DNA from: Clostridiales bacterium
GTDB lineage: Bacteria; Bacillota; Clostridia; Christensenellales; UBA1242
Length of the DNA: 64,000 nucleotides
NCBI GenBank assembly: GCA_015055665.1
Contig: SVHX01000001.1
Location: 67,873-131,872 of the forward strand
Reading direction: 5' to 3'
Every line of letters starts with the position of its first letter. The stretch's first letter is position 1. Positions 62,300 to 64,000 of the stretch are shown here, in pieces. The translations under genes were made by a program, and so were the position numbers. The notes under the pieces were generated by a model, which saw only the letters and a list, made by a program, of their open reading frames with translations, did not search any database and was not told the origin of the DNA.

Positions 62300-63118
62300 T
62301 TATTCTTTATGATTATTATTTCTCATCTTAGATAAGCTCTGTTGCAAAGAATTTAATTTCCTCTCGCTAGAGTCCATAGGCTTTTCTTCTGGTTCACCAT
62401 TGAGCTTATGAATCATATTGTTAAGAGTATTAAGCTTTGCATCTTTTTGTTCAGAATCAACATCATCAGACTTAGAATTTTCGGTATTCTTAACCATAGA
62501 CTTAAGTGCAAGTATGTTGGTTGCTTGTTTTTTCTTACTTTCATCTTCGATAATAGCAACTTTGTCTTTGGTTATTTCATCAGCTTTAGAACGTGTTTCT
62601 TTCTTAGATTCTTTTGCCTTATCTTTCTTCTTATCTTTCTTCTTTGCTATAGTCTTTTTAGGTGATTTAACAGACTTAGAATCACTAGGCTTTGATGTTT
62701 TTGCTGTTTTCTTTTCTTCGGTTTTCTTATCATCTTTGCCATCATCTGCTTTTGCGGTTTGCTTGCGATATTTCTTAACAAGCAAGGCAAATGTTGCTAG
62801 TATAATATCTATAACATGCCTTTTGCTATCATCAAGTTCAACAAACGCCTCAAGCTTGGCACTATTAATCTTAAGTGCGTCTTGAAGAGTCTTACCCTCA
62901 ACTATGCTACAAAAGTAATTGCAGAACACTAGAAAATATGTACATCCAGATGCCTTATAAGATATCTTGGTAATTACTTCACTATCATCAATCTGAGCAT
63001 AGAATTTAACCGAGTCACCAAAAGCATTACGCTTAGAAACAACATTAACAGTACTCTTCTTCATAGGAGTAAGATAATCAAGAGAGTTAAGCTGTGCAAG
63101 TATCTTCTCGTTATACAT
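62300..63118 (-). CDS. IscU/NifU-N-like domain protein lacking two of three Cys ligands, with a ~150-aa Lys-rich tail
   Basis: The N-terminal 120 aa align by eye to IscU. The CGD motif is replaced by FGD, the GC motif is retained (ASGC), and HC is replaced by HV. A K/D/E/S-rich low-complexity C-terminus follows. It lies directly downstream of the cysteine desulfurase gene. Confidence 0.65.
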   Translation of the reverse strand: MYNEKILAQLNSLDYLTPMKKSTVNVVSKRNAFGDSVKFYAQIDDSEVITKISYKASGCTYFLVFCNYFCSIVEGKTLQDALKINSAKLEAFVELDDSKRHVIDIILATFALLVKKYRKQTAKADDGKDDKKTEEKKTAKTSKPSDSKSVKSPKKTIAKKKDKKKDKAKESKKETRSKADEITKDKVAIIEDESKKKQATNILALKSMVKNTENSKSDDVDSEQKDAKLNTLNNMIHKLNGEPEEKPMDSSERKLNSLQQSLSKMRNNNHKE

Positions 63119-63121
63119 ATA

Positions 63122-64000
63122 CTAATTCTCCTTTTTTGCCTTTGCCTTAACTGGGCTAGTTTTTCTAAGCTTAGCTACTAGTTCACTTAAAACCCTAACA
63201 ACATAGTCTATGTCATCTCTGGTAATATTGATATCAAATGAGAATCTAACAGTTCCCCTAATCTCCTCGTTGGTTAGCCCCATAGCAGTCAGTACATGAC
63301 TCTTCTCAAGTGAACCAGACGCACAAGCAGATCCAGTAGATACCGCAATGCCTTGCATATCCAACATCATAATAAGGTTCTCACCTTCCACACCTCTAAA
63401 AGATACCGAAACAATACCATTAGCCTTCTGATGGACATGACCATTAATCTTGATGTCAGGAATCTCATACTCTATCTTGCTGATAAAATATGTAGACAAC
63501 TCAAACATCTTCTTATCTCTAAATTCGAAATCTCTCTGATTAATCTCACAAGCCTTGCCAAAGCCAACGATAGCAGGAACATTTTGAGTACCGCCACGCT
63601 TAGAGTGTTCTTGCTCGCCACCAATCATAAATGGGTTAATGTTAACACCATTGCGAACATAAAGAGCACCTGCTCCCTTAGGGCCATGAATCTTATGGGC
63701 AGATAGACTCATAAGGTCAATACCCAAAGCCTCTACATCAAGAGGCATAACACCAAGACCTTGAACTGCATCTACGTGGAAATTAACATTGTAGAACTTA
63801 ACAATCTCGCTAATAGCTCTAATGTTCTGGATTGTTCCAACTTCATTATTAACAGCCATTACAGAAACAAGTATAGTTGTAGGTCTTATCTCGTGCAAAA
63901 GCTCAGAAATTGACACAAGCCCACTAGCATCAACAGGAAGATATGTAATCTCAAAGCCTTCCTTGGCTAGTTGTTTACAAATATCAATAATACTGTGATG
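63122..64000 (-). CDS. cysteine desulfurase NifS/IscS family (C-terminal ~290 aa; N-terminus beyond the right window edge)
   Basis: The reading frame stays open to position 64000 (..HHSIIDICKQLAKEGFEITYLPVDASGLVSISELL..). Contains the PLP lysine motif SLSAHKIHGPKG and the active-site loop STGSACASG. Confidence 0.9.
   Translation of the reverse strand, partial: HHSIIDICKQLAKEGFEITYLPVDASGLVSISELLHEIRPTTILVSVMAVNNEVGTIQNIRAISEIVKFYNVNFHVDAVQGLGVMPLDVEALGIDLMSLSAHKIHGPKGAGALYVRNGVNINPFMIGGEQEHSKRGGTQNVPAIVGFGKACEINQRDFEFRDKKMFELSTYFISKIEYEIPDIKINGHVHQKANGIVSVSFRGVEGENLIMMLDMQGIAVSTGSACASGSLEKSHVLTAMGLTNEEIRGTVRFSFDINITRDDIDYVVRVLSELVAKLRKTSPVKAKAKKEN

Overview
AT-rich chromosomal segment from an endospore-forming Firmicute, probably Clostridia-like (spoIIIAA-AH, spoIVB, ruvC, short Tsf). 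All 68 CDS I can support lie on the minus strand. I found no tRNA, rRNA, CRISPR array, transposase or integrase. About 56 kb (8.2-64 kb) is a tight run of housekeeping and sporulation clusters, read here in transcription order (right to left). They are nifS/iscU-like, ruvX and DUF1292; then rpsB-tsf, a 5.3-kb accessory insert, and frr-cdsA-rseP. Next come a PolC-like N-terminal/exonuclease gene, rimP-nusA-ylxR-ylxQ-infB-rbfA-truB and an Nfo-like TIM barrel. These are followed by spoIIIAA-AH, asp23-nusB-xseA-xseB, proS, argR-recN-spoIVB, infC-rpmI-rplT, trmH-like and yebC. The run ends with ruvCAB-queA-DUF1653-tgt-yajC, secDF, recJ, rel, hemZ-like, an orphan gene and rpsO-pnp-ylxY-like deacetylase. 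The standout is the left 8.1 kb. It holds one promoter-to-edge operon of at least nine tandem, strongly diverged paralogs (eight complete, one cut by the window edge). Each is a ~310-aa cytoplasmic protein with a class I SAM-binding Rossmann core that looks BtaA/DUF3419-like. Each also has a conserved acidic, tyrosine-rich N-terminal motif and a hypervariable lid and tail. I know of no described system with this architecture. Other notable items: a collagen-repeat lipoprotein plus a fused ABC/FtsX gene sit where pyrH is expected; a 525-aa PolC-N/exonuclease-only protein sits at the polC locus; Rel has a degenerate hydrolase domain; an IscU-like protein lacks two of its three Cys ligands and carries a long Lys-rich tail. 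There are also several leader and operator candidates: an ARG box, two LexA boxes, an infC anti-SD, a structured argR leader and a possibly leaderless ruvX. All family calls come from motif recognition by eye. No HMM or BLAST search or folding calculation was run.
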